From Felis catus (lineage: Eukaryota): a stretch of DNA of 64,000 nt. Position 1 is the stretch's first letter. Each line of letters begins with the position of its first letter. The DNA lies in NCBI RefSeq assembly GCF_018350175.1, contig NC_058368.1, positions 133,550,001 to 133,614,000 of the forward strand. The letters run 5' to 3'. The notes under the pieces are model-generated. The model searched no databases. It was not told the DNA's origin and was given only the letters and a program-made list of their open reading frames with translations. Below, one piece after another: positions 52,200 through 64,000 of the stretch. A program made the translations under genes and the position numbers.

Positions 52200-52910
52200 G
52201 GCACAAGGCTTTGTGCAGGTGACGATGTTGCTGCCTGGCGGTGATGAGTTAGGAAGGGTGGTCTAAGCTGGGGAAACAGCCAGGCCTGTGAAAATTGGGC
52301 CGGGTCTACCCTTTGGAAAGAGCTGCAAGGTAGTGCGTGGGAGAGACAGGTGGTGGCAAGCCAGAGGCCCAAGAGTGGTGCCATGTTGAGGCATCTGGAG
52401 GTTACTATCGAACAATAAGAAGCCATTGAAAGATTGTAAGCAGGGGGCAGAAATCTTTTGCCAGCTGTCAGCTGTGGTGTCACCTGTGCATGAAGAATGC
52501 CTGGGAAGAGGCCAGGAACAGCTAGGTTAGGAGCAAGGGGGTGAGGGGTGTTGCCACTGTGTGGACACTGTGTCTCTGAAAGTAGAGAAAAGGCGTTTCA
52601 GTAGAATTAATGCATGGTGACCTCTTGGGATGGATGGGGAAAGAGCTGGGAGGAGCCAGGGATGATGGCCAAGTCAGATGAAGACCAGAAATAAAAGTGA
52701 TCTGGATGGTAAGAAGATGATTAGCTCCGAGCATCTGGAGTTTAAAGCAGCTGTGGAAGCCCTAGAAGCACCTTGTAGGTAGAGGTGTTCAATAAGCAGC
52801 TTGGACATATGGCCTTAGACTTCCTTCCACACAGAGGTCAAGGCTGGATATAGATTCTGAAGTCATCTGCGTTAAATAATTAATCAAAGTACAGGATGAA
52901 TAATGAGAGA
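52200..52910. mobile_element. L2 fragment(s)
   Basis: Purine-rich L2-like phrases (gaagccattgaaagattgtaagcagggg, aggctggatatagattctgaagtcatctgc). Confidence 0.55.
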
Positions 52911-53082
52911 GTACAATTTCTCACAGCCTAATAGATTTGTTAGAATAACTTTCAAACATTACTATAACATGTATTTTAACACTTATTTTGCAGGGCTGGT
53001 TACAATGATAAAAACAGCAAAGCAGTTTTATGCTTTAGTGTCAGGTCTTGAAGATATATCCAGTTTTGAAGATGTGGGGTTT

Positions 53083-53083
<1 letters not shown>

Positions 53084-53120
<37 letters not shown>
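53084..53120 (+). repeat. (TG)n microsatellite
   Basis: Interrupted TG repeat. Confidence 0.9.
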
Positions 53121-53247
53121 CATGTGTTTTTGCAGATTGCTTCCAACTTTGACAACTTGCCTGCGGGTCTCATTTCAATACAGTTTTGAAAAGGCAAAAT
53201 GAGACATCCTAAACTAGAGGCTATAATGGAAAAAGCAATTCATTCTT

Positions 53248-53838
53248 TTTTTTTTAATTTTATTTTTTATTTTTTAAAATTTACATCCAAATTAGTTAGC
53301 ATATAGTGAAACAGTGATTTCAGGAGTATATTCCTTAGTGCCCCTTACCCATTTAGCCCGTCCCCCCTCCCACAACCCCTCCAGTAACCCTCAGTTCTCC
53401 ATATTTAAGAGTCTCTTCTGTTGTGTCCCCTTCCCTGTTTTTATATTGTTTTTGTTTCCCTTCCCTTATGTTCATCTGTTTTGTCTCTTAAAGCCCTCAT
53501 GTGAGTGAAGTCATATGATTTTTGTCTTTCTCTGACTAATTTCACTTAGCATAATACCCTCCAGTTCCATCCACGTAGTTACAAATGGCAAGATTTCATT
53601 CTTTTTGATTGCTGAATAATACTCCATTGTATATATATATATCACATCTTCTTTATCCATTCATCCATCGATGGACATTTGGGCTCTTTCCATTCTTTGG
53701 CTATTGTTGATGATGCTGCCATAAACATGGGGGTGCATGTGTCCCTTTGTTTTTTAAAAAATTTTTTTTAATGTTTATTTATTTTTGAGAGAGAGACAGA
53801 GTGAGAGTGGGGGACCAGCAGAGAGAGAGAGAGAGAGA

Positions 53839-53882
<44 letters not shown>

Positions 53883-54114
53883 CTGAAGCAGCTCCAGGCT
53901 CCGAGCTGTTGTCACAGAGCCCAACATGGGGCTCGAACTCACGAACCGCAAAATCATGACCTGAGCTTAAGTCAGATGCTTAGCCAACTGAGCCACCCAG
54001 GCACCCCGCATGTGTCCCTTTGAAACAGCATACCTGTATCCCTTGGATAAATGCCTAGTAGTGCAATTGCTGGGTCGTAGGGTAGTTCTATTTTTAGTTT
54101 TTTGAGGAACCTCC
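53248..54114 (-). mobile_element. 5'-truncated feline-type L1 3' end, interrupted by a SINE
   Basis: Poly-T, then L1 3' UTR and ORF2 end (atttcacttagcataataccctccagttccatccacg..., gggtagttctatttttagttttttgaggaacctcca). Probable TSD cattctt. Confidence 0.93.
53750..54007 (-). mobile_element. Can-SINE nested in L1
   Basis: Exact TSD gcatgtgtccctttg at 53735-53749 and 54008-54022, made of L1 sequence. Confidence 0.95.
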
Positions 54115-54120
54115 ATTCTT

Positions 54121-54344
54121 TTTTTTTTTTTAATTTTTTTTTTAACATTTATTTATTTTTGAGACAGAGAGAGACAGAGCATGAATGGGGGAGGGTCAGA
54201 GAAAGGGAGACACAGAATCCGAAACAGGCTCCAGGCTCTGAGCTGTCAGCACAGAGCCCGACATGGGGCTCGAACTCACGGACCGTGAGATCATGACCTG
54301 AGCCGAAGTCGGCCGCTTAACCGACTGAGCCACCCAGGCGCCCC
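54121..54344 (-). mobile_element. Feline-type Can-SINE, young, at the L1 5' junction
   Basis: Exact TSD aggaacctccattctt at 54105-54120 and 54346-54361. Confidence 0.95.
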
Positions 54345-54990
54345 AAGGAACCTCCATTCTTAAATGAAGATGACGAGGTTGGTACCATATTGTTTGAAAC
54401 AGTGAGTGAATTTTAAACCTGAGTGAGATTACATCAAATTCAACAAAGACTTTTCCTTTTCAATGGAATATCTGTAATTGAAGATAGGGGGTTCAGCCAA
54501 GAAAGACAGATGGCATATGTACAACCTTATCAGTTTTCTGACACACTGTTGCCAATTTGTGTATGTATACACAAAGACATTAAATCACATTGATAAAAAA
54601 CTGAACCCTTTTGGGAGTTATAGGTAGGATGCATTACAATGAGCATGAAATGATTATAGAAAACATGAAGTAGTTTTTAATGGATTGTTTTAGCTTAGTG
54701 ATCATAGTTAGATAACAGCTACATCTAGAAATTCATTTTATAGGATTTTCATCATAATGATGTTTTTCCTGATGAGATAGTGGTACTTCTGTATTTTCCA
54801 ATTGCCTCTTCTTTCAATTTTAGCATTGTTCTGAAAGTGAAGGTGGAATTAGACCATTGATTTGACTGTTTACACTTTTCCCTTAAAACTTTATTCTAAA
54901 TATAAATTACTGAGCTCACAGATTCTTTTCCCATTAACTGTTGAGCAATCCAACTAAAAGATATGGTAAACACAGATCGAATTTGGATAG

Positions 54991-55427
54991 TGTGGTGGAT
55001 ACAATTATTCTCTTAATTGTTCAGTCCTCTGTCTACATTCACTCCCCTGCCCAGGCCTCATGACTTCATCTCAGGGAGAGGTACTTCCCCTCAGTTGACT
55101 TTGGGCTCAGCTATGTGACTTGCTGGGGCCCATGACCTGTCAGTTAATGAGTCACAAACAGAGGCTTGAAATAAGGTTGTGCTGTTGGTCCTGCCATCTT
55201 GCACTTTGGTGATTTACTGTAAGAACAACATGCACTGAGTAGCCATTGGGTCCCAGAACAAACCCTCATCGAACTGACCTACAGTAACCTGGAGCCAGGA
55301 GCCAAGCCTGGGAAACTCAGAGTCTACCTGCAGACATGCCACTGTGAGAATAAATGTTTACTGTTGTAAGCCACTAGTTTTGTATGGGTTTATTATCCAG
55401 CCTTATGGTAGCAGTGATGACAATACA
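54991..55427 (+). mobile_element. MLT1-type MaLR solo LTR
   Basis: TG...CA ends; gactttgggctcagctatgtgacttgct and aataaatgtttactgttgtaagccacta...aataca. Confidence 0.75.
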
Positions 55428-55813
55428 GGGAACAAGCTCATGTTGTTGCAAAGACCGTCAGAGCAGTGGCACTGAAATCTAGTAGACTACTGTGTGGATG
55501 TTGAACCAATGCCTTTTGCCTGGATTATCCTGGGCATACTGCTGTCATCTAAACTTCAGGTTTGTTATCAGTCAAATGGGAATACTACTTACGTCCCAGG
55601 ACTGCTATAAAAATAAATCAGATGTACACATGTAAGTTACTTTGAGCAATGTCAAGCAGCTAGTAAGAAGAACATAGTAAGTGATCATGGCCATTTTCAC
55701 TGTATTTCTACATAGCTGAGCCTCCCTCTTCTTCTGCTTCCCTTGTACTGTGTGACTTTGCCACATCGTAGTTGTGTGACTCTGGAGCAGGTTAAAACTT
55801 TCCTGTGGCTTAG

Positions 55814-55815
<2 letters not shown>

Positions 55816-55859
<44 letters not shown>
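55816..55859 (+). repeat. (GT)n microsatellite
   Basis: About 22 GT units. Confidence 0.95.
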
Positions 55860-55861
<2 letters not shown>

Positions 55862-55938
55862 CCCTATAATGTAAGAGTACTAACACTTACCTAGCAGGAT
55901 TCTTAGTGGACTACAGCAAAGGTAGGTAAATATCTAAT

Positions 55939-56303
55939 TGTCTTAGTTCAGGCTGCTATAACAAAATAAAACAGACAAGAGGTCTTAAACAACAAGCATG
56001 TATTTCTCACACTTCTGGAGGCTGGGAATGTCAAGGTCAAGGTGCTTCAGATTCCATATCTGGTGAGAGCCATCTTCCTGGCTTACAGATAGCTACCTGC
56101 TGGTTCTATCCTCACACAGTGGAGACAAATCTCATTTCTCTTTCTTTTTTTTTTTAAGGGCATTAACCCCATCATCAGGGCCCCTGCTTCATGACATAGT
56201 CTCCCCCTAGTAATCTCCCGACCTCCAAGTCAATCATATTAGGGCGTCACCATACGACTTTGCCTGGGGGCAGGATACAGGCACAAACATTCAGTCCACA
56301 GCA
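55939..56303 (-). mobile_element. MLT1A-like MaLR solo LTR
   Basis: tgtcttagttcaggctgctataacaaaata...tttctcacacttctggaggctggga...cacaaacattcagtccacagca. Confidence 0.85.
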
Positions 56304-56649
56304 CTAACCGTGGCTGAGTGAGAGGGCACTTAGTAAAAGTAGCTTTACTATTAAGTTTACTATCCATACATTCCCATCATTTCTTTAAACTCAGGTGTCC
56401 ATTCCTAGTTCTTGAATGCCTCTTACGAGCCAAGCATAACACTCTGTACTTTGGGCTTACCTCTAGGTTTCTAGAATCTCTGTTTTTATTGAAAGGAAAG
56501 ATAAAAGGGTGGAGCACAGAGAAGGAAAGAGCAGAAGTACTGCAGTTGGAAAGGCATGATATATTGGTAACATCATTCAAATATTTAATATGTGTGTATT
56601 ATACCTTTGCTCCTATGAGTGTTAAAAAGTAGCTCCTTCTGTGTTGGGG

Positions 56650-56717
56650 GGGGGCATGCCTGGGTGGCTCAGTCATTTAAGCATCCAACTTCAGCTCAAG
56701 TCATGATCTCACGGCTG
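56650..56717 (+). mobile_element. Can-SINE 5' head only
   Basis: gggcatgcctgggtggctcagtc...gtcatgatctcacgg, then similarity ends abruptly with no tail. Confidence 0.8.
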
Positions 56718-56939
56718 TAGGATGACATCTAAAATGGGCTGGTGTTTGTAGCTCATCTGTATTAATCAGTGTGGCAAGATGACTTCTAAAATGCCTTTGG
56801 TTTAAATGGACAAAAATAGCTAAGTTTACTTTTTGCCTATGGAAAAATGTTTTGATGTGTTGGCTCTCAGTCTACAGACTTTTGCCTGTTCTTCCCTTTT
56901 GTACAAATTTTGTGTACTGTCTTGTCTATTCCCTTTGTG

Positions 56940-56941
<2 letters not shown>

Positions 56942-56975
<34 letters not shown>
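56942..56975 (+). repeat. (TG)n microsatellite
   Basis: Read directly from the sequence. Confidence 0.9.
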
Positions 56976-56977
<2 letters not shown>

Positions 56978-58604
56978 ACTGACCACACCAGCTGGGAGAG
57001 CCTGGTACTGCATACTTCTCTATCCAGAATTTGCTCCATAGAAAGCCTGTGTCCTCAACGTTCTTGCTTTGAAATTACTTTGATGTGTATCAGCTGGAAT
57101 AGATTTTGAGATGCTGGGTTTTAACATCTGTGTGCCACTTTCTCTAGAAGCTAATTGACTGATTGGGGTTGGAGGAGACATGAGAGTCTGTACATTTGAC
57201 CAATTTCAGAGAGCTTACCTTGCAAGCTATTGAAATGCAAAAACAGATTACACTTAGAGACTCCGAGAACTCACAGTTGAGTTCTTTGTTTTCTTCTGAA
57301 AAAATAAGCATTCAAAATTCATGCACATTCTATTATTCATGTGGTTTATATTTAGGTTCTGCTTATATGTCTAGATAAATCTTATCACCATTATTTAAAA
57401 TTTCATGAATGAAACGTTGCATCTCTAATGCCACACTAGCCTAGACACCTTTAACCAATCAAAGTAACTTGAAATGCAGCCCTTAAATGAGTTCTTGTGT
57501 GTGCCTGTGTATATGCATTTACATATGTCATTGCCTTATCTATAGCTGTTTTTTTTAAAATCTACTCTGTGTAAAGTGGGTGAGAATTCAAAACAACCTT
57601 ATTTTGCCCCAGAAAAACCTGAATTTTTAGTATGTGGTGCTTATAAGGCTTCTATGAAATAGAGTGTTGATGTCAAAGCACTTCTCTTTGTTTGATAGTT
57701 GTTACATTTCTGGTCCTGATACAGACAGGACACCTTTACTGTGCTATCCGTTCACCTGCCTGTTCAAGGCAGTTATTGGACACCTGTCATGTGTCAGGTG
57801 CTTGAAAAGAATCTGGCATGTCAGCAAGGCGGTTCCTCTGTTATTCAGTCTGCTCCCTAGCTTAGCTTTCCCTGAACACTTAATGCCTTCAGGAATCCCC
57901 TTTTTCCTGAGCTTTGGTCACGTCACCCATATCAGAAGAGAGTATGATTTTCCTAGCCAAGTCCAGAGCCTGTCTACTTCCTGTCTACTACCTCTTGGCA
58001 CTGACACTGACTTTTCTTACCAAAGCCTCCAGGACATGAGGGGCGGACTAGCCAGTGATATGTGTGTGAGAAGGAGCATGGAGTGCGGTAAAATCCTTTG
58101 TGTCCTCGATAGTTTTGGTGATGGTCTGAATTAAGCTTTCTGTTACCTTCTGTAAGCCATATGGAAATTTATCAGGTCTCTTTGCCCTGTTGGAGGTTCT
58201 GTAATTTCCAAGTAGGAAAAGTTGTTCTGGGGGAAAAAAACCCCACAAATGTTCATGGGGATTTTGATAGAAAATAGGACCCGAGTGTATCTGGGTTCAT
58301 GCTTACAGCAGAAAGGAGTTGCACAAATTATTGCGATTCGACGCTTTTTCTTTTTGGAGTTATCTCAGTTTTGAGTCTTTTCTCCTTTTCCTTCTGGGCC
58401 TTCAAATGTGTTTCAGTGGATATGCTGGGGTGGGCGGTGGTGGGGCAGTGAACAGTGGCTGTATCATTTCCTGCCTCCTCATGCCAGGAGGTGTCTTTCA
58501 TTATTATAGTCCTTCCTGTCATTGTCAGATGCTTTCCTTAAGTTGTTCTCAGCTGAAAACTGGTGTGAAGTCTGGCATTCATCATTAACATCTGGCCCCA
58601 GCCA

Positions 58605-58606
58605 GT

Positions 58607-58645
<39 letters not shown>
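58605..58645 (+). repeat. (TG)n microsatellite
   Basis: Read directly from the sequence. Confidence 0.9.
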
Positions 58646-58646
<1 letters not shown>

Positions 58647-59619
58647 ACGCGCATGGACATGCATGCTTCAGGGTGTATGTTGGTTATGAGCTGTTGGTTT
58701 CTGCTTTCCACCATTTACTCCCTTTGGTTTTCTCAGTTATGGACTATGACCTTTTAAACCTCCAGGCACACATTTAATCTTCTTTCTATCTTTACGGTAA
58801 AAAACAAAACAAAACAAACAAACAAACAAAAAAACACCAGCATTGCTTTGAACATAGTATAAGAATGTTGATTTGATTTGAGAAAGTACCTTTGTTTTAT
58901 ATATCTCTTCACTTAAAACAGTGATCAGCTACATTCTTCTGGTACTTTGTTGCTTCTGTTCCTATGATTAACTTAACAGTTACAGGAAGTGCTTTTAGGT
59001 CTTCATCATTGGCATCGTCTCATGGGAACATTCATTCCCTCACCCACTGGGTTTTTTATCCTGTGTTTTTACTTCGTACAAAGCTGGGGATAGAAGGACC
59101 AACAAGATACACTTCTTGTCATCTTGTGGGTGCTTACAACCCAGAAGTAGAGAAGGCAAACTAGAAACTAGACAATTGAATGCAGAGTGATACATGTTAT
59201 GGTGGTTAACCTGTCACAAAGTTGGTGCTCCGTGGATGGGTAGATGAATAGTGTAAACATGCAATAGGATGCCATAGGGGCACATAAGAAGACATTTACC
59301 CAGTGATGGAGTGATCAGAAGCATGACATCACTGATGAAGGTTGGCAATTAATTTCTGTTCATATTTTGGTCTGCTCATGTTAAGTTTCCCAAAATTCAA
59401 GGGGAGATAGATAAGAATGTATGTATGAGCTTGGAGAGATAAGGACAAGAGTGGCCTGGAGATAGATATTCAGGTGGCATTGTCCTGTGGGTGATGAGCA
59501 GAGCCACGACAGTGGATGAAATCACCCACTGAGAGTATGAGGTATGAGAAAAAAGAAGGATCTAGAAAATAACAGAATTAGTCGGGTCCTACCCTGTGCT
59601 CTTAGCATAGCCGTGGTAA

Positions 59620-59830
59620 TCGACATAAATGTGACGTTTATTGGGCTTCTGAGTGCTTTCCATGTGTCAGCTCATTTCACTTCTACAGCTGCCCCTTAAG
59701 AAAGATGGGATTATCCTTCGTTTTCAGAGGTGAAAACTGTGGAGTGAACTAACCTTTCTGGGTCTCATAGTTCATTTAGTGAGCAAGTAGCAGAGCCTGG
59801 CTTCAAAACCTGGATGCCTAGATTCAAATT
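59620..59830. mobile_element. MIR fragment, preceded by L2-like fragments at ~59030-59560
   Basis: tttcagaggtgaaaactgtgg...gcagagcctggcttcaaaacc resembles MIR. Confidence 0.6.
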
Positions 59831-60396
59831 TAGGTGGTTTAAACATATTCCTAATGGTCTTAGAATTGTTTTGCTTCCCTGAATTGGGCACAACAGACAG
59901 CCTGAGTGATAACTCTCATCTATTATGACAGGTTCAGTAGAAGTTGTATCCAGCATAATAAGGAAGCCCAGAGATGGGGATGCCAGTGTGTCCATGTAAA
60001 GTAATTTAGATGGAGATGGTGATGAGTTCCCTCATCCATAGTTTTACCCTGGCCTTGAGGGGCTAAAGCTATGTTGTATTTTTGAAACAATAGGCTTTGA
60101 TATTAGTTCTGAATAGTTTATCCATCGAAGGCAGGGTGAAATAGCGTCCACTGCCCTAAGAGACAGGATGGCTTGGTCTCTGGAAGTGCATCTAGTTTAC
60201 TGATAACTTGGGTCCTAGAGAAGATATAGGTAATCCATAATTGTAACTCATAAATTGTGTCATTATATCAGAAAAGGTATATTGTGGCTTAAAATCCCCG
60301 GACCATTCTCTTAAAACCTGGAAGGACTTTGTAAACTAGTTGGCATATGGAAAGCCATGCTAATAAACAGAGAACAAGAGAACAGCTAGTAAGGCA

Positions 60397-60564
60397 GAAG
60401 AAGAAGAAGAAGAAGAAGAAGAAGAAGAAGAAGAAGAAGAAGAAGAAGAAGAAGAAGAAGACGACGACAAAGAAGAAGATGAAGAAGAAGAAGACGAAGA
60501 AGACGAAGAAGACGAAGACGAAGACGAAGACGAAGACGAAGAAGAAGAAGAAGAAGAAGAAGAA
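60397..60564 (+). repeat. Compound trinucleotide repeat: (GAA)21, then mixed GAC/GAA, then a terminal GAA run; 56 triplets
   Basis: Read and counted directly. Confidence 0.95.
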
Positions 60565-60749
60565 GATTTTAAATTTTATTTGTATTTAGGGTAATTTTAG
60601 TTCTTGGAAAATGGGGTAAAGACAAACAAAGAGCTCTGGAGATCAAATAGTTTCCAGGAGTAGGTATTACTTTTGTTATGACAAATAACTCAGTTGGAAC
60701 CTATAACTGCTTGACTTAACCAAACTGAGATCCTACTGAGTTAGAAGAT

Positions 60750-61285
60750 GTGGTCCCCTGATGCTTAATACTTTGCTGGTATCCATTCCCCCTTTGCTCC
60801 TTCTTAGCAGCCCCTGATTTCCATTTGGGGGAATCCATGTGGTTTTAGAAATGTGGACCAAGGTCTGGATCGAGAGGGGCCAGTGGTATAGACTGGGCTG
60901 ATGATCCTTCCTATTCTCTCCCATTGACCACAGTGATGGCAGGGACTGATGGAGTCTGGCAGAGTGGACTTCTGTTCCTCTACTGGGAAGGCTGATGCCA
61001 AGTTGCTCTTTCTTGCTGGACACTAATTAGGAAATACATACTCTCAAAAGTAAATGCCAGGTATTTTGGATGTGTGAAAAAGCATGCTGTAGGAAGATGG
61101 AAATCCCATGAAAAACAGGGCCAAAGGATTCTAAGATATCAGGTTTGTAACAACGGAAGCTGCTAAATCAAACCTTGTCTGAAGCAAAGCCTCTCACTGG
61201 ACTTTTCAGTTATGCCACTGGGTGAATCTGTTATATCGTCGAACCACTTTGAATTGGGTATTTTGTTCCTTGGAACAGAAATCAC
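60750..61285 (+). mobile_element. Old ERVL-class (LTR16-like) solo LTR relic
   Basis: ctggacttttcagttat...ccactttgaattgggtattttgttccttggaacagaaa resembles the 3' end of these LTRs. Family uncertain. Confidence 0.5.
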
Positions 61286-63911
61286 CATCACTATTCTGTA
61301 GTTTTCATTTGGTGATTTTCTTAAGATAGCTATTTTTCCTTTAAAATATTTAGGCATTTTTATCTTAATGCCAAAATAAATTTAGTGGGTGTTCCCCTAA
61401 AATACTTGGCATTTTTCTTCTACAAAGACGTCTTTATTTTATTTTACAATGTAAGTAGGTTTTAACATTTGAGTGTTTTGTTTATGAAGAGGTCCGAGGA
61501 AATACAAGAATGGGATTATTAAGGGATGAAAATTTATTTCAGTGACATTTGCAATGAAAATGATAAAATATTTTCTTTGAAGGATTAGTGTATTTGTGCT
61601 CTTATTCTGCTAACCTCTTAAAAGCAGGCAGACATTTGTTTGGCAAGGAGAGAATTACTAGGCTCATCTTCATCAATGATAAGTTAGCCTCAGTTATTAT
61701 AATTATATCTTAAGTGATTTGATGGTGACAAATAGCTGACGTGGCAAGTCAGCATGAAGCTTTATAGTGTTCCTGCCTTTTATCACTTCTGCTCTAAATA
61801 ATCGTTCACATCTGTTGCCAATAGATGTAGCTGTGTGAGGATTTGGATGTGTGGAACAGGAAATCCTGGCTAGTGATTTTTTTTTTTTATCCTTTCTTTT
61901 CTGTCTTTTTTTTCCCAGGTTTCCTCTCCTTTCCAGTGCATTGACTGTATGAAGTGTTCTCATTATGAAATGCTGTGCTTACAATGGCAGGTTGAATTCT
62001 GTAAGTGATGTGGCCAATCACATTTTGGTCCATAGCTGCCTTTATTCACATGGCCTAGGCAGCTTGGATGCCTGGTGTGCTCATGGCAGAAAGCTGAGTC
62101 AGATACGTGGAGACAGTTGACATCCATGCTGTCCACCCCAGTGTCAAGTTCTCTTCACATAAAGCCTGGAGATAGAGTGAAGTTTGGGGGAGGGTCTCAG
62201 CCTTTGCGAAATAAGAAAACTGACTCACCGACAGTGATTGGGATCATTGGGGTGTCCTTATTCTGGGTTCCCTTGGTTATTTCGGGCATCTGTGAATTGA
62301 GATGCAGCCAAAATGGCGTTCTGTGGCCTGGAGGTTGACCATGAAGCATTCTTGGGGAAGTGGATGGAGATTGTGAGGGGTCTGTGGAAATTTGCCCGAT
62401 TTGCTCCATTTTGCTTCCTGCACCATGAGGAGGCCGAGGAAGCAGGAGAAACCCCTCTCTGTCAGCTCTGCACCAAGGAAACATCTCTGCTGTCTGCCTG
62501 GAGCAGTCTACACCCTCCCACTTCGTCTGCTGCTTGAATCTTCCCCTTCTTCATCTTACTTCCTTCCCCATCTTGGCAGCTCTCCCATGACCTGGCAGTC
62601 CCTCTCTCTTTCCCTCCCTTTCTTCTCTCTTGCCCTCCTCCCTCTTCCTCTGCCCCACTTCTCTCTTTTTTTCCCCTGCCTTTTTTTCATTTACTCACCT
62701 CCTCCTGTTTCTTGAGTTTACTTGGACATACTTTTGTCCAGCGCAGCAGTTTTCTACTGTCAACCCCCAAGCCTGGGTCAGGTCCCCATCAGATCAGATG
62801 GGAATTGCCTGTTCTCTTGTCTCTCTCTATGCCAGGAGTCTTTAAGCTTCGTGAAATTTGGGAGATTGTCTTACTGCCTGTTAGATCCCAATTGCATGAT
62901 CAGATGTGGTATGATCAGTAAAGCTGGTTATTGTCAAGGGCTAGGTTCCAGATGTTTTTGATTCTGTGTTTTTGAGCCATTCTGTTAGAATTTTTTTTTT
63001 TATTGTGCGTGTTTTTACAATCAGAATAGGAAGCCTAAAAAGGAAATAGAGAAAAAGCTATATGTGAAATAAGGGGACTCTCTCAAGGTCTGTTCACTTG
63101 TTCATGGGGTCTCCAGCAAAAAGCATATTACCTCACAGGCATGAGAGAATTATTTATAGTGGTTACATCAGCCAGAATAAAGATGATGAAATTAAGATTC
63201 TCGTCCCTGCACATCCTGTGAGTCACTGCAGAATTCCAGGTAGAGGATTTGCCTCATTTGCTTTTTGTTGTTGCTGTGAATCCTCCAGGGTCCAGGTTTT
63301 GAGCTTTTCTGTAAGGAAAGTGTCCCTTTTTCTTCAGTGGCTAATGTCTGAGGTCCTGAGAATGAGAGAAGCACAGAATTTTAGGTCCAAGAGAGAAACC
63401 TTAGATTTAATCTAGCTTAATTCCTTCATCTTTCAGCTAAGAACACTGAATCTCAGAGAAATAAGTGACAGAACTGAAGTTATCAAAATAGTGGCTCTCG
63501 GAATCAGTGTTTGAATTCGTAGCCTGCTCACCCTGCCCTCTCCTGCATAGCAAATGCTTGAGTTCTTTTGTGTGGCTGTGTTGAACTTTTACATAATGAC
63601 TTTGTAAATAAGAAAATAGTCCTTGCTTAACGGAAATGATCCCATTTTCAGAAAGTTTGTGAATATCCTCCAGTGAATCTTCTGATTAAATAACTAAATT
63701 GCAAAAGCCTGTCCCAAGTTGTTGCCATGTGCCATTTTCTAGACTTTGAATAAATGTTTACTAACTGTGTTCATTTTATATTTTGGAAGTGTGAAGGCAA
63801 ACAAAAATATCTTCAGGGGGTAGAGGCATAAGATACTTACAGAAAGCCAACCATGGGCCCTGTAGGGAGTGGTGGGGGCTCTTGGTCAAACTGGAGAGCA
63901 TGGGTCCTGCT

Positions 63912-64000
63912 TTAAAAGGATTTAGAGTGGGAGAGAGCCAAAGCATAAGAGACTCTTAAAAACTGAGAACAAACTGAGGGTTGATGGGGGGTGGGAGGGA
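63912..64000 (+). mobile_element. Young feline-type L1 3' UTR fragment, running off the window
   Basis: tttagagtgggagagagccaaagcataagagactcttaaaaactgagaacaaactgagggttgatggggggtgggaggga. Confidence 0.85.

Noticed and set aside
60347..60589. Poly-Lys/Thr ORF
   Set aside because: Translation of the GAA/GAC microsatellite; no exon evidence.
1310..64000. Next shared MAST4 exon (KELSLPRRGS...)
   Set aside because: Not found by eye; presumably downstream of the window. A very short exon could have been missed.

Overview
Mammalian, not prokaryotic, DNA. The abundant Can-SINEs of the feline type and a young feline-type L1 3' end point to a felid. The window lies inside the MAST4 gene (microtubule-associated serine/threonine kinase 4), transcribed on the + strand. 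It contains one internal coding exon (1185-1309, GRYLLPNPVAGQAW...GQSAPSLTASL). It also contains an alternative first coding exon (43277-43315, MDESSILRRRGLQ|GT) in a CpG-enriched internal promoter; this exon is too short for the ORF track. Both exons end in phase 0 and should splice to the KELSLPRRGS exon, which I did not find in the window. The rest is intron: about 17 Can-SINEs, L1 fragments, MIR/L2/MLT/MER5 relics and microsatellites. I see no new protein-coding system. The best leads are regulatory and inferred from motifs: a convergent CTCF motif pair (~30.4 and ~45.3 kb) enclosing a perfect MEF2 site, a perfect palindromic GRE/ARE and the internal promoter; an in-frame uORF upstream of the short-isoform start; a perfect NRF1 palindrome inside the coding exon; and a long intronic GAA/GAC repeat. 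Gene and repeat identities come from recognition, not from a database search.
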